Positions 19,901 to 30,379 of a stretch of 64,000 nucleotides of DNA are shown one piece after another. The stretch covers positions 736,001 through 800,000 of the forward strand of contig CAWBZV010000005.1 in NCBI GenBank assembly GCA_963793305.1, in the 5' to 3' direction. The notes beneath the pieces are model-generated. The model was given only the letters and a program-made list of their open reading frames with translations, was not told where the DNA came from and ran no database searches. Every line of letters starts with the position of its first letter. Position 1 is the first letter of the stretch. The position numbers and the translations under genes were made by a program. Origin of the DNA: an uncultured Gemmatimonadales bacterium. Lineage in GTDB: Bacteria; Gemmatimonadota; Gemmatimonadetes; Gemmatimonadales; Gemmatimonadaceae.

Positions 19901-21737
19901 AGATCTCCTGCTGTACTACGAGCGCGAGCTCGCGTTTCTTCGCCGGATGGGGGCGGAGTTCGCCTCGACGTATCCAAAGATCGCGTCCCGCCTGCAGCTC
20001 GAGCCCTCGAAGTGCGAGGACCCGCACGTCGAGCGACTGCTGGAAGCCTTCGCGTTTCTCGCCGCCCGCGTCCACCTCAAGGTCGACGACGACTTTCCGG
20101 AGGTCAGCGAAGCGCTGCTCGACGTGCTCTATCCGCACTTCGTGCGGCCCATTCCGTCGATGTCGCTGGTGCAGTTTCAGCTCGACCCGGAGAAGGGGAA
20201 GCTGGCGACGGGATTTCCGATCGCGAAAGACACGCAACTCCTCTCCCGGTCGGTCGCCCGCACGCAGTGCCGTTTCCGTACCGTGGGCTCCACGACCGTG
20301 TGGCCGCTCACCGTCGCCAATGCGAAGTGGACGACGCCGGATCGGTTGCAACCCGCCGTCCGTGCGGCCGACGCGGTCGCCGCCCTGCGTTTCGAGTTGC
20401 GATGCCTGCCGGACATCCAATTCGCGAAGCTGTCGCTCGACACCCTGCGCCTGCACCTCGACGGGGAGCGGAGCTTCGTGTACACACTGTACGAGCTCCT
20501 CTCGAACAATGTCCTGCGCGTGATGTTCCGCGATCCCCGTCCGGGTGGCGAGAAGCGCACGATCACGCTGCCCGCATCCACGCTATCCCCAGCTGGATTC
20601 GATCCAGACGAGGCCATGCTGCCGGCGCCGCGGCGCGCGTTCGGCGGGTATCAGTTGCTGCAAGAGTATTTCACGTTCCCCGAGAAGTTTCTCTTCTTCG
20701 ACCTCGCCGGGTTCGACGCCGTACGCGCCGCGGGTTTTGGCGATCGCGTGGAAGTCGTGATCATGATCTCGCCATTCGAGCGCGCCGACCGCCGGCCGAT
20801 GCTCGAAGCGGGTGTCTCCGATAAGAGTCTCAAGCTCGGCTGCGCTCCCGTCGTCAATCTATTTCCTTTAGTCTCGGAGCCGATTCAGCTCACGGGTCGG
20901 CGCGCCGAGTACGAGATCGACCCCGACGCGCGCCGGCGGCAGACAACCGAGATCTTCTCGGTCGAGGAAGTCCTGGGGTTGACGCCGGGCGGAGGCGAGC
21001 CGGTTCGGTTCCAGCCGTTCTATTCGCACCGGCACGGAACGGACACCGCCGCGCCTCGCTTCTGGCGCGCGACGCGACGCCCGAGCGTCTGGCGACCCGA
21101 CAACGGCACCGACGTCTTCCTATCGTTCGCCGACCTCTCAGGCGACATCGCCACGCCTTCGGTCGACGCGATCTCCGCGCGCCTGACCTGCTTCAATGCC
21201 GACCTGCCGTCGCGGTTGCCGTTCGGCGACGAGAGCGCGGGGGGCGACTTCGAGATGCGCGGCGGCGGCCCGATTCGCCGCATCGTCTGCCTCATCAAGC
21301 CCACGCCCGCGATCCAGCCCGGCCTCGGCCGCCAGCTCCTGTGGCGGCTCGTGTCGATGCTGTCGCTCAACTATCTCTCGCTGACCGACGAGGGAGTCGA
21401 CGCGCTCCGCGAATTGCTGCGACTGCACAACGCCGGCAACAACGCGGCGATGGAGAAGCAGATCCAAGGCGTGCTCTCGGTGCGCGGCGCGACGGCGTAC
21501 TCGCGCGTCGCGTCCGAGCACGGCCTCAGCTTCGCGCGCGGACGTTGGGTCGAGGTCGAGTTCGACGAGGACCAATTCGCGGGCAGTGGCGTCTACTTGC
21601 TCGCCACCGTGCTGGAGCGGTTTTTGGGCCTGTACGCGTCGATGAACAGCTTCTGTGCATTGACCGCGAAAAGCCGCCAGCGCCACGAAGTCATCCGCGC
21701 GTGGCCGCCGCGCTCCGGCTGGAAGAGTCTCCTATGA
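19893..21737 (+). CDS. tssF: T6SS baseplate TssF
   Basis: LLLYYERELAFLR, DPHVERLLEAFAFLAAR, GYQLLQEYFTFPEKF, YASMNSF. Confidence 0.96.
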   Translation: MREDLLLYYERELAFLRRMGAEFASTYPKIASRLQLEPSKCEDPHVERLLEAFAFLAARVHLKVDDDFPEVSEALLDVLYPHFVRPIPSMSLVQFQLDPEKGKLATGFPIAKDTQLLSRSVARTQCRFRTVGSTTVWPLTVANAKWTTPDRLQPAVRAADAVAALRFELRCLPDIQFAKLSLDTLRLHLDGERSFVYTLYELLSNNVLRVMFRDPRPGGEKRTITLPASTLSPAGFDPDEAMLPAPRRAFGGYQLLQEYFTFPEKFLFFDLAGFDAVRAAGFGDRVEVVIMISPFERADRRPMLEAGVSDKSLKLGCAPVVNLFPLVSEPIQLTGRRAEYEIDPDARRRQTTEIFSVEEVLGLTPGGGEPVRFQPFYSHRHGTDTAAPRFWRATRRPSVWRPDNGTDVFLSFADLSGDIATPSVDAISARLTCFNADLPSRLPFGDESAGGDFEMRGGGPIRRIVCLIKPTPAIQPGLGRQLLWRLVSMLSLNYLSLTDEGVDALRELLRLHNAGNNAAMEKQIQGVLSVRGATAYSRVASEHGLSFARGRWVEVEFDEDQFAGSGVYLLATVLERFLGLYASMNSFCALTAKSRQRHEVIRAWPPRSGWKSLL

Positions 21738-22732
21738 TCGAAGACCTCGTCAACGAGCCCTGGGCCTTCGAGTTCTTCCAGGCCGTACGCGTGCTGATGG
21801 CGCATTCGCCGCAGCGGACGGCGATCGGGGAATTCGGCGATCCGACCCAAGAGGCCGTGCGGTTCTCCGCGAATCCCGAGGTCGGGTTTCCGGCGGGCGA
21901 GATCCAGGCGTTCGACCCGGTCGCGAAACCGCCGAAGCTCACGGTGAACTTCATGGGCCTCACCGGCCCGCTCGGCGTGATGCCCCTCATGTACGCCGAG
22001 CTGGTCGCCGAGCGAGCGCGTTCGCGCGATACCGCGCTGCGTGATTTTCTGGACATCTTCAACCATCGCATGATCTCGCTGTTCTACAAAGCGTGGGAGA
22101 AGAACCGTTTCACGATCGCGTACGAACAAGATCGCAGCGATGGCCTCACCCGCCACTTGTTGGATGTTCTCGGTTTAGGGACCGAGGGCCTACGCGGGCG
22201 CCTGCCGCTCAATGACGAAACGCTGTTGTACTATGCGGGCGCGTTAGCGCCGCATACCCGACCGGCCGCCGCGCTCGAGGGTTTGATCGCCGACCATTTT
22301 GGCGTTCCGGTCGAAGTCGAGCAATTCGTCGGCGGCTGGTATCGCTTGGAAGAAACGGCGTACTGTGTCCTGGGCGACGAAGACGAGGCCGGCACCTTGG
22401 GCGCCGCGGTGGTAGGCGAGGAAGTCTGGGATGCCCAAGCCCGCGTTCGCCTCCGCATCGGACCGCTCACCCGCCGCCAGTACGACGACCTGCTGCCGAC
22501 CGGCAGCGGATGGCGTACACTCCTGGCGCTGGCGAAGTTCTTCGTCGGCGACCAGCTCGATGTCGATGTCCGACTCGTTCTCGCGCGCGACGAGGTGCAG
22601 CCCTGCGCGCTCGGGCAGGCCGAGGACGCCGCTCTGCCACTTGGCTGGACGACGTGGCTCGGCACTGCTCCATTGACCCACGATCCCGACGACACGCTGC
22701 TCACACTCTCCGACGCACAGGAGGCCGCATGA
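21734..22732 (+). CDS. tssG: T6SS baseplate TssG
   Basis: FEFFQAVRVL, FMGLTGPLGVMP, DFLDIFNHR, LGWTTWL. Confidence 0.95.
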   Translation: MIEDLVNEPWAFEFFQAVRVLMAHSPQRTAIGEFGDPTQEAVRFSANPEVGFPAGEIQAFDPVAKPPKLTVNFMGLTGPLGVMPLMYAELVAERARSRDTALRDFLDIFNHRMISLFYKAWEKNRFTIAYEQDRSDGLTRHLLDVLGLGTEGLRGRLPLNDETLLYYAGALAPHTRPAAALEGLIADHFGVPVEVEQFVGGWYRLEETAYCVLGDEDEAGTLGAAVVGEEVWDAQARVRLRIGPLTRRQYDDLLPTGSGWRTLLALAKFFVGDQLDVDVRLVLARDEVQPCALGQAEDAALPLGWTTWLGTAPLTHDPDDTLLTLSDAQEAA

Positions 22733-25399
22733 CTGTCGATTTGCGAGCCCTCATCGGCAAGCTCAATCCCGCCACGAAAGGCGGTCTGGAAGCCGCCGCC
22801 GGGCTTTGTCTTTCGCGCACCCACTATGACGTCGAGATCGAGCATTACCTGCTCAAGCTCCTCGACCGGAGCGACGGCGACTTCGTGGCGATCGCCAAGC
22901 ACTACGAGATCGACCGCTCGAAGCTCGCGAAAGACCTCGCCGCGGGGCTCGACAAGCTGAAATCCGGCAACGCCCGGACGCCGAACCTGAGTCCATCGAT
23001 CGTCAAAGCCTTCACCGAAGGCTGGACGCTGGGCTCGATCGACTTCGGCGCGACCAAGGTGCGCACGGGTCACACGATCCTGGCGATCGCCGCGTCCGAT
23101 GAGCTCTCTCGTCAGGCCCGCGATATCAGCCGCGAGCTGACGAAGATCAACGCCACGGATCTGCAAAGTAAATTCTCGGACATCCTGGCCACGTCGGCCG
23201 AAGACTCGGGCCCTGCCGAGGCTAGCTCCTCGTCAGAGGAAGGCGCTCCTCGTAAGGGGGGCAGTGGCCAAAGCCCGAATCTCGACCAGTTCACCGTCGA
23301 TCTGACGGCCAAGGCCAAGTCGGGTCATATCGATCCGGTGCTCGGCCGCGACACCGAAGTCCGCCAGGTCGTCGACATTCTCACGCGCCGTCGCCAAAAC
23401 AACCCGATTCTGGTTGGCGAAGCGGGCGTCGGCAAAACGGCCGTCGTCGAAGGCTTCGCCGTCCGCATCGCTTCTGGCGATGTGCCGCCGCCGCTCAAGG
23501 GTGTGACGCTGCGCACACTCGACCTCGCGCTGCTGCAAGCCGGCGCGGGCGTCAAGGGTGAATTCGAAAATCGCCTGAAGGGGCTGATCGAAGAGGTTAA
23601 GAACTCCGAATCCCCAATTATCCTGTTCATCGACGAAGCCCATACGATGATCGGGGCAGGGGGCCAGGCGGGTCAAAACGACGCGGCCAATCTCTTGAAA
23701 CCAGCCTTGGCCCGCGGCGAGCTCCGCACGATCGGCGCGACGACGTGGTCAGAGTACAAAAAGTATTTCGAAAAAGACCCGGCCTTGTCCCGTCGGTTCC
23801 AAGTGGTAAAAGTCGATGAGCCGACAGAAGATGTCTGCAAATTGATGATGCGCGGCGTCGGTCCGGCATTGGAGAAGCACCACCGTGTGCGCATTCTCGA
23901 CGAGGGTCTCGATGCCGCTGTGAGACTTTCGCATCGCTACCTGCCGGACCGCCAGCTCCCAGACAAGGCCGTCAGCGTTCTGGACACGGCGTGCGCCCGT
24001 CTGGCATTGGAACAGAGCGCGACCCCTGCGGCCGTCGAAGACATAGGCCGGCAACTCGATGATCTCGCCGTCCAAACCAGAATCCTGGAACGCGAAGCCG
24101 CGACCGGGGCCGATGTCGCGGAGCGAATCGCGTCGATCGCGGCCCGTCGAACGGATCTCGAAAAGCAAAAAGAAACCGCGACGACGCGGTGGAAGCAGGA
24201 GCTCGACCTCGTAAAAAAATTGCTCGTCGTGCGCGAACGCCTCGAGAATGCCGGCGCGGCGAAAGCTGATGGCAATGATCGCAAAGAGTTCTCGACGCTG
24301 AACGCGGAGCTGGACAAGCTGCAAGGCGAGTCGCCACTGGTTCGCGTCTGCGTCGATGCCGGCATCGTTGGCGATGTGATCTCCGGCTGGACGGGCATCC
24401 CCGTGGGCAAGATGCTCCGCGATGACGTTGCGGCCGCGTTGAGTCTCGAGGGCCAACTGGGCAGCCGCGTGATCGGCCAGACGCACGCCCTCGAAGTGAT
24501 GGCCAAGCGCGTTCGGACGTTCGAAGGCCGGGATCGAAGATCCCAACAAGCCGGTCGGCGTGTTCATGCTCGTCGGCCCATCCGGCGTCGGCAAGACCGA
24601 GACCGCGTTGGCGCTATCGGACCTGCTCTACGGTGGTGAGCGCAATCTGATAACCATCAACATGTCCGAGTTCCAGGAAGCCCATACGGTGTCGACCCTC
24701 AAGGGCTCCCCTCCGGGCTACGTGGGCTATGGCGAGGGTGGGGTGCTCACCGAGGCGGTCCGCCGGCGTCCCTACTCGGTCGTTTTGCTCGACGAGGTCG
24801 AAAAAGCCCACCCGGACGTGCTGGAGCTCTTTTTCCAGGTGTTTGACAAGGGCCAGATGGAGGATGGTGAGGGCCGACTCATAGACTTCAGGAACAACAT
24901 CATCGTCCTCACCACGAACGCCGGTACGGAAACGATCATGAAGCTCTGTGCGGACCCCGAGACTATGCCTGGGATGGATGGTCTAGTGAAAGCCTTGAAG
25001 CCGGAATTGGACAAAGTGTTCAAGCCGGCGTTCTTGGGCCGCATGGTCATCGTGCCGTACTTCCCCATTCGCGACGAAGCCCTGGCTCGGATTATTCGCC
25101 TGAAGCTGGGCAAAATCGAGCGTCGCCTGGCCGAGGTGCATCGGGTTGCGCTGGTCTATGGCGACGACCTCGTCTCGACCGTGGCGAGCCGCTGCACGGA
25201 AGTCGAGAGCGGCGCCCGCAACGTCGACAATATCCTCACCAACGGCTTGCTGCCCGAGGTCTCGCGTATCCTGCTCGAGGCGATGGTCAGCGGGACGCGG
25301 CTGACGGCCGTGCGGGTCGGCATTGGAAGCGATGGGGCGTTCACCTACCACCCCGAGCGTGCGCCCGATGATCGCGGGCTCGCGCCACTCCCGGCCTGA
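22729..25399 (+). CDS. tssH: T6SS ATPase TssH/ClpV, with one +1 indel at about 24520
   Basis: Walker A1 [15 protein letters not shown], Walker A2 [16 protein letters not shown]. Removing one T from acgTTcg restores ...[20 protein letters not shown]... and an 889-aa ORF. Confidence 0.93.
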
Positions 25400-25413
25400 G
25401 CGCCTTTTGATAT

Positions 25414-27471
25414 ATGTCGACCTATACACAGACCGGCCCCTATAAAGTCGTCTCGCCGCTGGGCGGCGATACGCTCCTCTTCAGCGGGATGTCCGGTGAA
25501 GAGGCAGTGTCGACGCCGTTCTTGTTCACGGTCGACATGCTCTCGGAAAAGGATACGATCTTAGCGACCCAGATCCTGCGGAAGCCACTCGTCGTCGAGT
25601 TGGATATGGGCGGCGGCACCACGCGCTATATCCATGGCCTCGTCCGCCGCTTCATCCAGATGGATAGCGCCTTCAGCGACTTGTACGCGTACCGGGCCGA
25701 GATCGTGCCATGGTTCTGGTTCCTCTCGTTGGCGGCTGACTGCCGGGTCTACGAGAACAAGTCGGTGCTCGACATCATCGAGGACGTCTTCAAGCGCAAC
25801 AACTGGACGGACTTCTCCGTGAAGACTACGGGGAGCTACCCGAAGCGTGAGTATTGCGTGCAGTATCGTGAAACCGACCTGGCATTCGTGAGTCGCCTGC
25901 TCGAGGAAGAAGGCATTTTCTACTTCTTTCAGCACACGGACTCGAAGCACACGCTGGTCCTGGCTGATGGCAACAGCGCGTTTCAACCAATACCGGGCTC
26001 GTCGACGGTCAGCGCCACCGAGCAGGTCGTTTCGAGCACCCAGTACCAGCAGAGCGTCGGCTCCTTACAGTGGGATCAGCACGTCCCACCGGGCACGGTC
26101 ACGCTGTACGACTACAACTACCTCGATGGCCAGACGCCGCTCACCGCGACGGTGTCCGCCAACGGTCCTGAGGAGATTTACGACTATCCGGGTGGCTTCA
26201 CCGATCAGGACACGGGCGACCGGTACGCGCGATCGCAGCTCGATGCCGCCGAAGCGTTCATACAGTCGCTCACGGGTGTGAGCTCGTGCATGGGGTTCAC
26301 GTCGGGATACCAGTTCACGATGTCGGACTACTTCCGCAGCGATATCAACGGCGGTTTCAACATCGTGAAGGTGCGCCACACGGCGCAACTCAACGGCTAC
26401 TATGGGTCGGCCTCAGCGACCGATCAGTCCGCCACCTACCAGAACGATTTCCGGGCGCTTGCCAAGGAAACCGTCTTTCGTCCGGACGTGCGCACGCCGC
26501 GCCCGCTGGTCCCCGGCACGCAGACCGCGCTCGTCGTCGGTCCGTCGGGCAGCGAGATCAACGTCGACAAATATGGCCGCGTGCAGGTCCAGTTCTTCTG
26601 GGAACGCACCAGCAAAGGGGATCCCGGCAGCTCGCCCTATGTGCGCGTGTCGACGTCGTGGGCCGGGAAGAACTGGGGGATCATCCACATTCCCCGTATC
26701 GGCCAGGAAGTCGTCGTCGCATTCGAGGAAGGGAATCCGGACCGGCCGATCATCGTCGGGAGCGTCTACAACCCCGACATGATGCCGCCGTACGATTTGC
26801 CCGCGAACAAGTCGCAGAGCGGCATCAAATCGCGCAGCACCGAAGGTGGCGGCACCGCGGACTACAACGAGTTTCGGTTCGAGGACAAGAAGGGCAGCGA
26901 GGAGATTCACTTGCATGCCCAAAAGGATCTCAGAATCACGGTCGAGAACAACCGCACCGAGTACATTGGCAACGCGGAAACGAAGACCATCGACAAGGGC
27001 GATTACAACGAGTTGCTCAAAGAAGGCAAGTACGTTCTCGAGATCCAGAAAGGCGACCAGGAGATCGATATCGATCAGGGCTGCCAAAAGACGACGATTT
27101 CCCAAGGCGACTGTAGCTTGGATGTCGAGATGGGCAAGTACGACGTTAGTCTCGGCCAGGGCGACATGAGCGTCTCGCTCTCGCAAGGCAACATGTCGAC
27201 CAAGCTGTCGATGGGCAATTACGACCTCGAAGCGTCGATGGGCAACGTGTCGATCAAGGCCGATCTCGGACAGGTCACGATCGAGGCGATGCAAGGCATC
27301 GAGCTCAAGGTCGGTGAGAACAGCATCAAGATCGACCAGATGGGCGTGACGATCTCCGGGATGATGATTTCGGTCAGCGGTCAGGTCCAGACGCAGGTTT
27401 CGGGTCTCATGATGCAAGTGTCCGGGAACGCGATGACGCAGATTTCGGGCGGCATCACCATGATCGGTTGA
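25414..27471 (+). CDS. vgrG: T6SS spike VgrG (TssI), no C-terminal effector domain
   Basis: REYCVQYRETDLAFVSRLLEEEGIFYFF, DKYGRVQVQF, IPRIGQEVVVAFEEGNPDRP, HAQKD, then beta-helix repeats. Confidence 0.96.
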   Translation: MSTYTQTGPYKVVSPLGGDTLLFSGMSGEEAVSTPFLFTVDMLSEKDTILATQILRKPLVVELDMGGGTTRYIHGLVRRFIQMDSAFSDLYAYRAEIVPWFWFLSLAADCRVYENKSVLDIIEDVFKRNNWTDFSVKTTGSYPKREYCVQYRETDLAFVSRLLEEEGIFYFFQHTDSKHTLVLADGNSAFQPIPGSSTVSATEQVVSSTQYQQSVGSLQWDQHVPPGTVTLYDYNYLDGQTPLTATVSANGPEEIYDYPGGFTDQDTGDRYARSQLDAAEAFIQSLTGVSSCMGFTSGYQFTMSDYFRSDINGGFNIVKVRHTAQLNGYYGSASATDQSATYQNDFRALAKETVFRPDVRTPRPLVPGTQTALVVGPSGSEINVDKYGRVQVQFFWERTSKGDPGSSPYVRVSTSWAGKNWGIIHIPRIGQEVVVAFEEGNPDRPIIVGSVYNPDMMPPYDLPANKSQSGIKSRSTEGGGTADYNEFRFEDKKGSEEIHLHAQKDLRITVENNRTEYIGNAETKTIDKGDYNELLKEGKYVLEIQKGDQEIDIDQGCQKTTISQGDCSLDVEMGKYDVSLGQGDMSVSLSQGNMSTKLSMGNYDLEASMGNVSIKADLGQVTIEAMQGIELKVGENSIKIDQMGVTISGMMISVSGQVQTQVSGLMMQVSGNAMTQISGGITMIG

Positions 27472-27472
27472 T

Positions 27473-28066
27473 ATGACGACCACACGCACGGACACCCCAC
27501 CCGCTGCCGGTCCGCCGGCGCCCACCGACGTGGCGAAGGCCGCGGAGCTGGAGGGCGATGCCCTCGCGCTGCTCCATCCGGAGCATGGCGGGCGCGAGTT
27601 CGTCACCGCGCTGCTGAACGCGGAGTTGTTTCAGGATGCGGTTCGATTCCTGGCCCACGCGCTCCCGAAACGCGAAGCCGTATGGTGGGCGTTGCTGTGC
27701 GCCCGCGAAGTCGCCGGGGACGCGCCGTCCCAAGAGGTGAAAGCCTCACTCGACGCGACGGATGTGTGGGTACGACACCCCGGCGACGAACAGCGCCGTG
27801 CCGCGATGGCGGCTGCACAGAAGGCGACGTTTCAAACGTCGGCCGGCTGCGCTGGCCTCGCGGCATTCCTGAGCGGCGGCAGCCTCTCGGTGCCGGGACA
27901 GCCCGAGGTGCCACCCGGCCCGTTCCTGACGGCGAAGGCAGTCTTCGGCGCGGTATCGATCGCATCGCTCGGCGCCGACCCCAAGACCGCGCCCGAGCGC
28001 TTCCGGCGCTACGTCGAGCAAGCGCTCCACATCGGTGATCAGGCTGGCGCCTGGAGGAAGACCTAA
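27473..28066 (+). CDS. DUF6931-like helical protein between vgrG and PAAR
   Basis: DAVRFLAHALPKREAVWWA and AAFLSGGSL motifs, recalled as typical of this vgrG-PAAR-linked family. Tightly packed against both neighbours. Confidence 0.7.
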   Translation: MTTTRTDTPPAAGPPAPTDVAKAAELEGDALALLHPEHGGREFVTALLNAELFQDAVRFLAHALPKREAVWWALLCAREVAGDAPSQEVKASLDATDVWVRHPGDEQRRAAMAAAQKATFQTSAGCAGLAAFLSGGSLSVPGQPEVPPGPFLTAKAVFGAVSIASLGADPKTAPERFRRYVEQALHIGDQAGAWRKT

Positions 28067-28356
28067 TGGGACTGCCCGCCGCTCGTCTCACCGATATGCA
28101 CGTGTGCCCGATGGTGACGGTTCTCGTCCCACACGTCGGCGGTCCCGTCGTCGGCCCTGGTTGTCCGACGGTCCTCATCGGCGGTTTGCCGGCGGCCCGC
28201 GTCGGCGACATGCTTGTTTGTGTGGGACCACCGGATGTCATCGCGATGGGGGCGTTTACCGTTCTCATTGGTGGTATGCCGGCCGCCCAGATGGGCAGCG
28301 TCACCGCTCACGGTGGGGCCATCGTCCTCGGATGCCCGACGGTTTTGGTCGGCTGA
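28066..28356 (+). CDS. Stand-alone PAAR spike-tip protein
   Basis: PAARLTDMHVCP, PAARVGD, PAAQMG, HGG, GCPTVL; 96 aa with no extension. Confidence 0.95.
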   Translation: MGLPAARLTDMHVCPMVTVLVPHVGGPVVGPGCPTVLIGGLPAARVGDMLVCVGPPDVIAMGAFTVLIGGMPAAQMGSVTAHGGAIVLGCPTVLVG

Positions 28357-28430
28357 TTTCGATCGTCTAGCTAGCCGAAGTGGACAGATAGTATGATCTT
28401 GCTCGCGGTTCAGCCACCGGAGACCTTCTC

Positions 28431-30379
28431 GTGCGCGCAGCACTCCTGGTATGCGCGGCCGTAGGACTTGCCGCATGCAGTAGCGACAAGAACTCGACGA
28501 CCCCGGGTCACATGACGATCAACCCGGACTCGTCGAACGTATTCGTCGGGGATTCCGAACAGATCGCCGCGGTGAACGCGCCGGCATTCGTCACGTGGAG
28601 CTCGAGCGACAGCAACGTCGCCAATGTCGTCAACGGCGTGGTGTACGGTCTCGCGCCCGGGCAGGTGACGATCAATGCCTCCGCGGGCGCGAGCAACGCC
28701 TTCGCCACGATCACCGTCTCGCAACCACCGCAGATCGGGCTCTCGACGACTGGCGTGACGTTCGAAGTACCGGCGGGTGCGTCACCGCCGCCCCCGCAGA
28801 CCGTTGGTGTCGCGAACACCGGGAGTGGCCCGCTCCAGAACCTCACGGTCGGACTCGTGACCTATAGCACCGGCGCGTCCGGTTGGCTCACGGCGAATCT
28901 CCCCGCGAACGCTGCCGCGCCCGCGACGCTGACCCTCCAGCCTTCTACGACAGTCCTGCCGGCGGGGACCTACTCGGCCACGGTGCCGGTCTCGTCTCCC
29001 CAGGCGTCGAACTCGCCGCGCACCCTGACCGTCACCTACATTGTCGATCCGGCCTCTGTTCTCGTGCTCTCACGGAGCAGCGTGCCGATCGCCGCGCAAG
29101 CAAATGCCGCGCTGCCCGGCACACAGACGGTCTCGATCACGAATAGCGGCGGCGGGACGATCAACGGCATCGCGCCAGGCACGATCACGTACTCGGCCGG
29201 CGCCACGGGTTGGCTCGCCGCGAGCGTAACGTCCGCGACAACGCCCTCGACGCTGACGCTCACGCCGACATTGACGGCCCTCGCGGTCGGCAACTACTCG
29301 GCGACAGTACCGATCACGTCGGCGACGAACGGCGTGACGCCGCTGAACGTCACCGTCACCTACACGGTGTCCTCGGCGCCCGTGCCGCCAGCGATCAACC
29401 TCTCGGGCTCGTCGGCCTCGTTCAACGCGTCGAGCGGTGGGTCGATCCCGTCGAACCAACAGATCACGATCACGAATGGCGGCGGCGGAACCCTGTCCGG
29501 GTTGACCGCGCCGATCACGTACACATCGGGATCCGGTTGGCTGACCGCGACGCTCGGCAGCGCCACCGCGCCGGCAACCCTGACGCTGCAGCCGTCGTCC
29601 GTGCTCGCAATAGGAACCTATCAGGCCACGGTCGCCGTCACCGCGGCGGGGGCCAGCAACTCGCCGCAGAATATCACCGTCACCTACACGGTCACGGCGG
29701 CGCCCGTGATCCATTCTGGCGGGAACCACCGCCAACTTCCTGTCGCAGCAGGCGAACGTCGATCCCGCGAATCAGCAGATCGCGGTATCAAACACGGGCG
29801 GCGGGTCGCTGACGGGGCTCACCGCGACGGTGAACTACATCGGCAGCACCACGGGATGGCTCGCCGCCACTCTTGCCACATCCGCTCCGGCGTCGCCGTC
29901 GTCGACACCATTGACGTTGAGTGTGACAACCGGGTCGATCTCGCCAGGCACGTATCAGGCGACCGTGACCGTAGCCTCGTCGCTCTCCGGTGTTGCCTCT
30001 CAACAGGTAACGGTCACGTTCGAGCGACAGGCGACACTCACCAACGATATTCAGATGGTCTTTACGACTTGCACCGGGTGTCATGCCAGCGGGTCGCCGG
30101 CGGGCGGCGTCAACCTCTCGTCGGCCGCGGCGAGTTACACGAACCTGGTCAATGTCGCGCCGAACGTGACCGTATCGGGGTTCCCGAACCGCGTCACGCC
30201 AAGCGACTCGACCAGCAGTTGGCTGTGGGTCCAACTGTCGGCCCAGACCGGAGCATACAGCCAAAGCGAGAACATGCCGATCGGCTGTCCGGAAAACGGA
30301 CTCAATGGCGCCGGTTGCCTCACGTCCGCGCAGGAGCATTCTGGTCGCGACCTGGATTCAACAAGGAGCCGCTCAATGA
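28431..30379 (+). CDS. Lipoprotein: Big_2 + about 4 BACON-like Ig repeats + C-terminal c-type cytochrome domain (two +1 indels at about 29715 and 30333)
   Basis: Lipobox LAA-C, four GWL.A...PATLTL...GTY repeats, CTGCH heme motif, distal MP. After correction it ends SILVATWIQQGAAQ* (648 aa), with its TGA overlapping the next ATG. Confidence 0.75.

Noticed and set aside
24500..24560. Programmed frameshift in clpV
   Set aside because: No slippery heptamer is present, and the same single-base duplication pattern appears in unrelated genes.
27473..28066. T6SS immunity protein with a cognate effector
   Set aside because: No toxin domain on VgrG or PAAR and no adjacent effector gene.
28381..28400. 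Promoter before the BACON-cytochrome gene (TATGAT)
   Set aside because: A plausible -10 is present but no correctly spaced -35, which is too weak to call.
28431..30379. TssJ or a secreted T6SS effector after PAAR
   Set aside because: It has a Sec lipoprotein signal and an Ig/BACON repeat architecture. It is much longer than TssJ and lacks its motifs.
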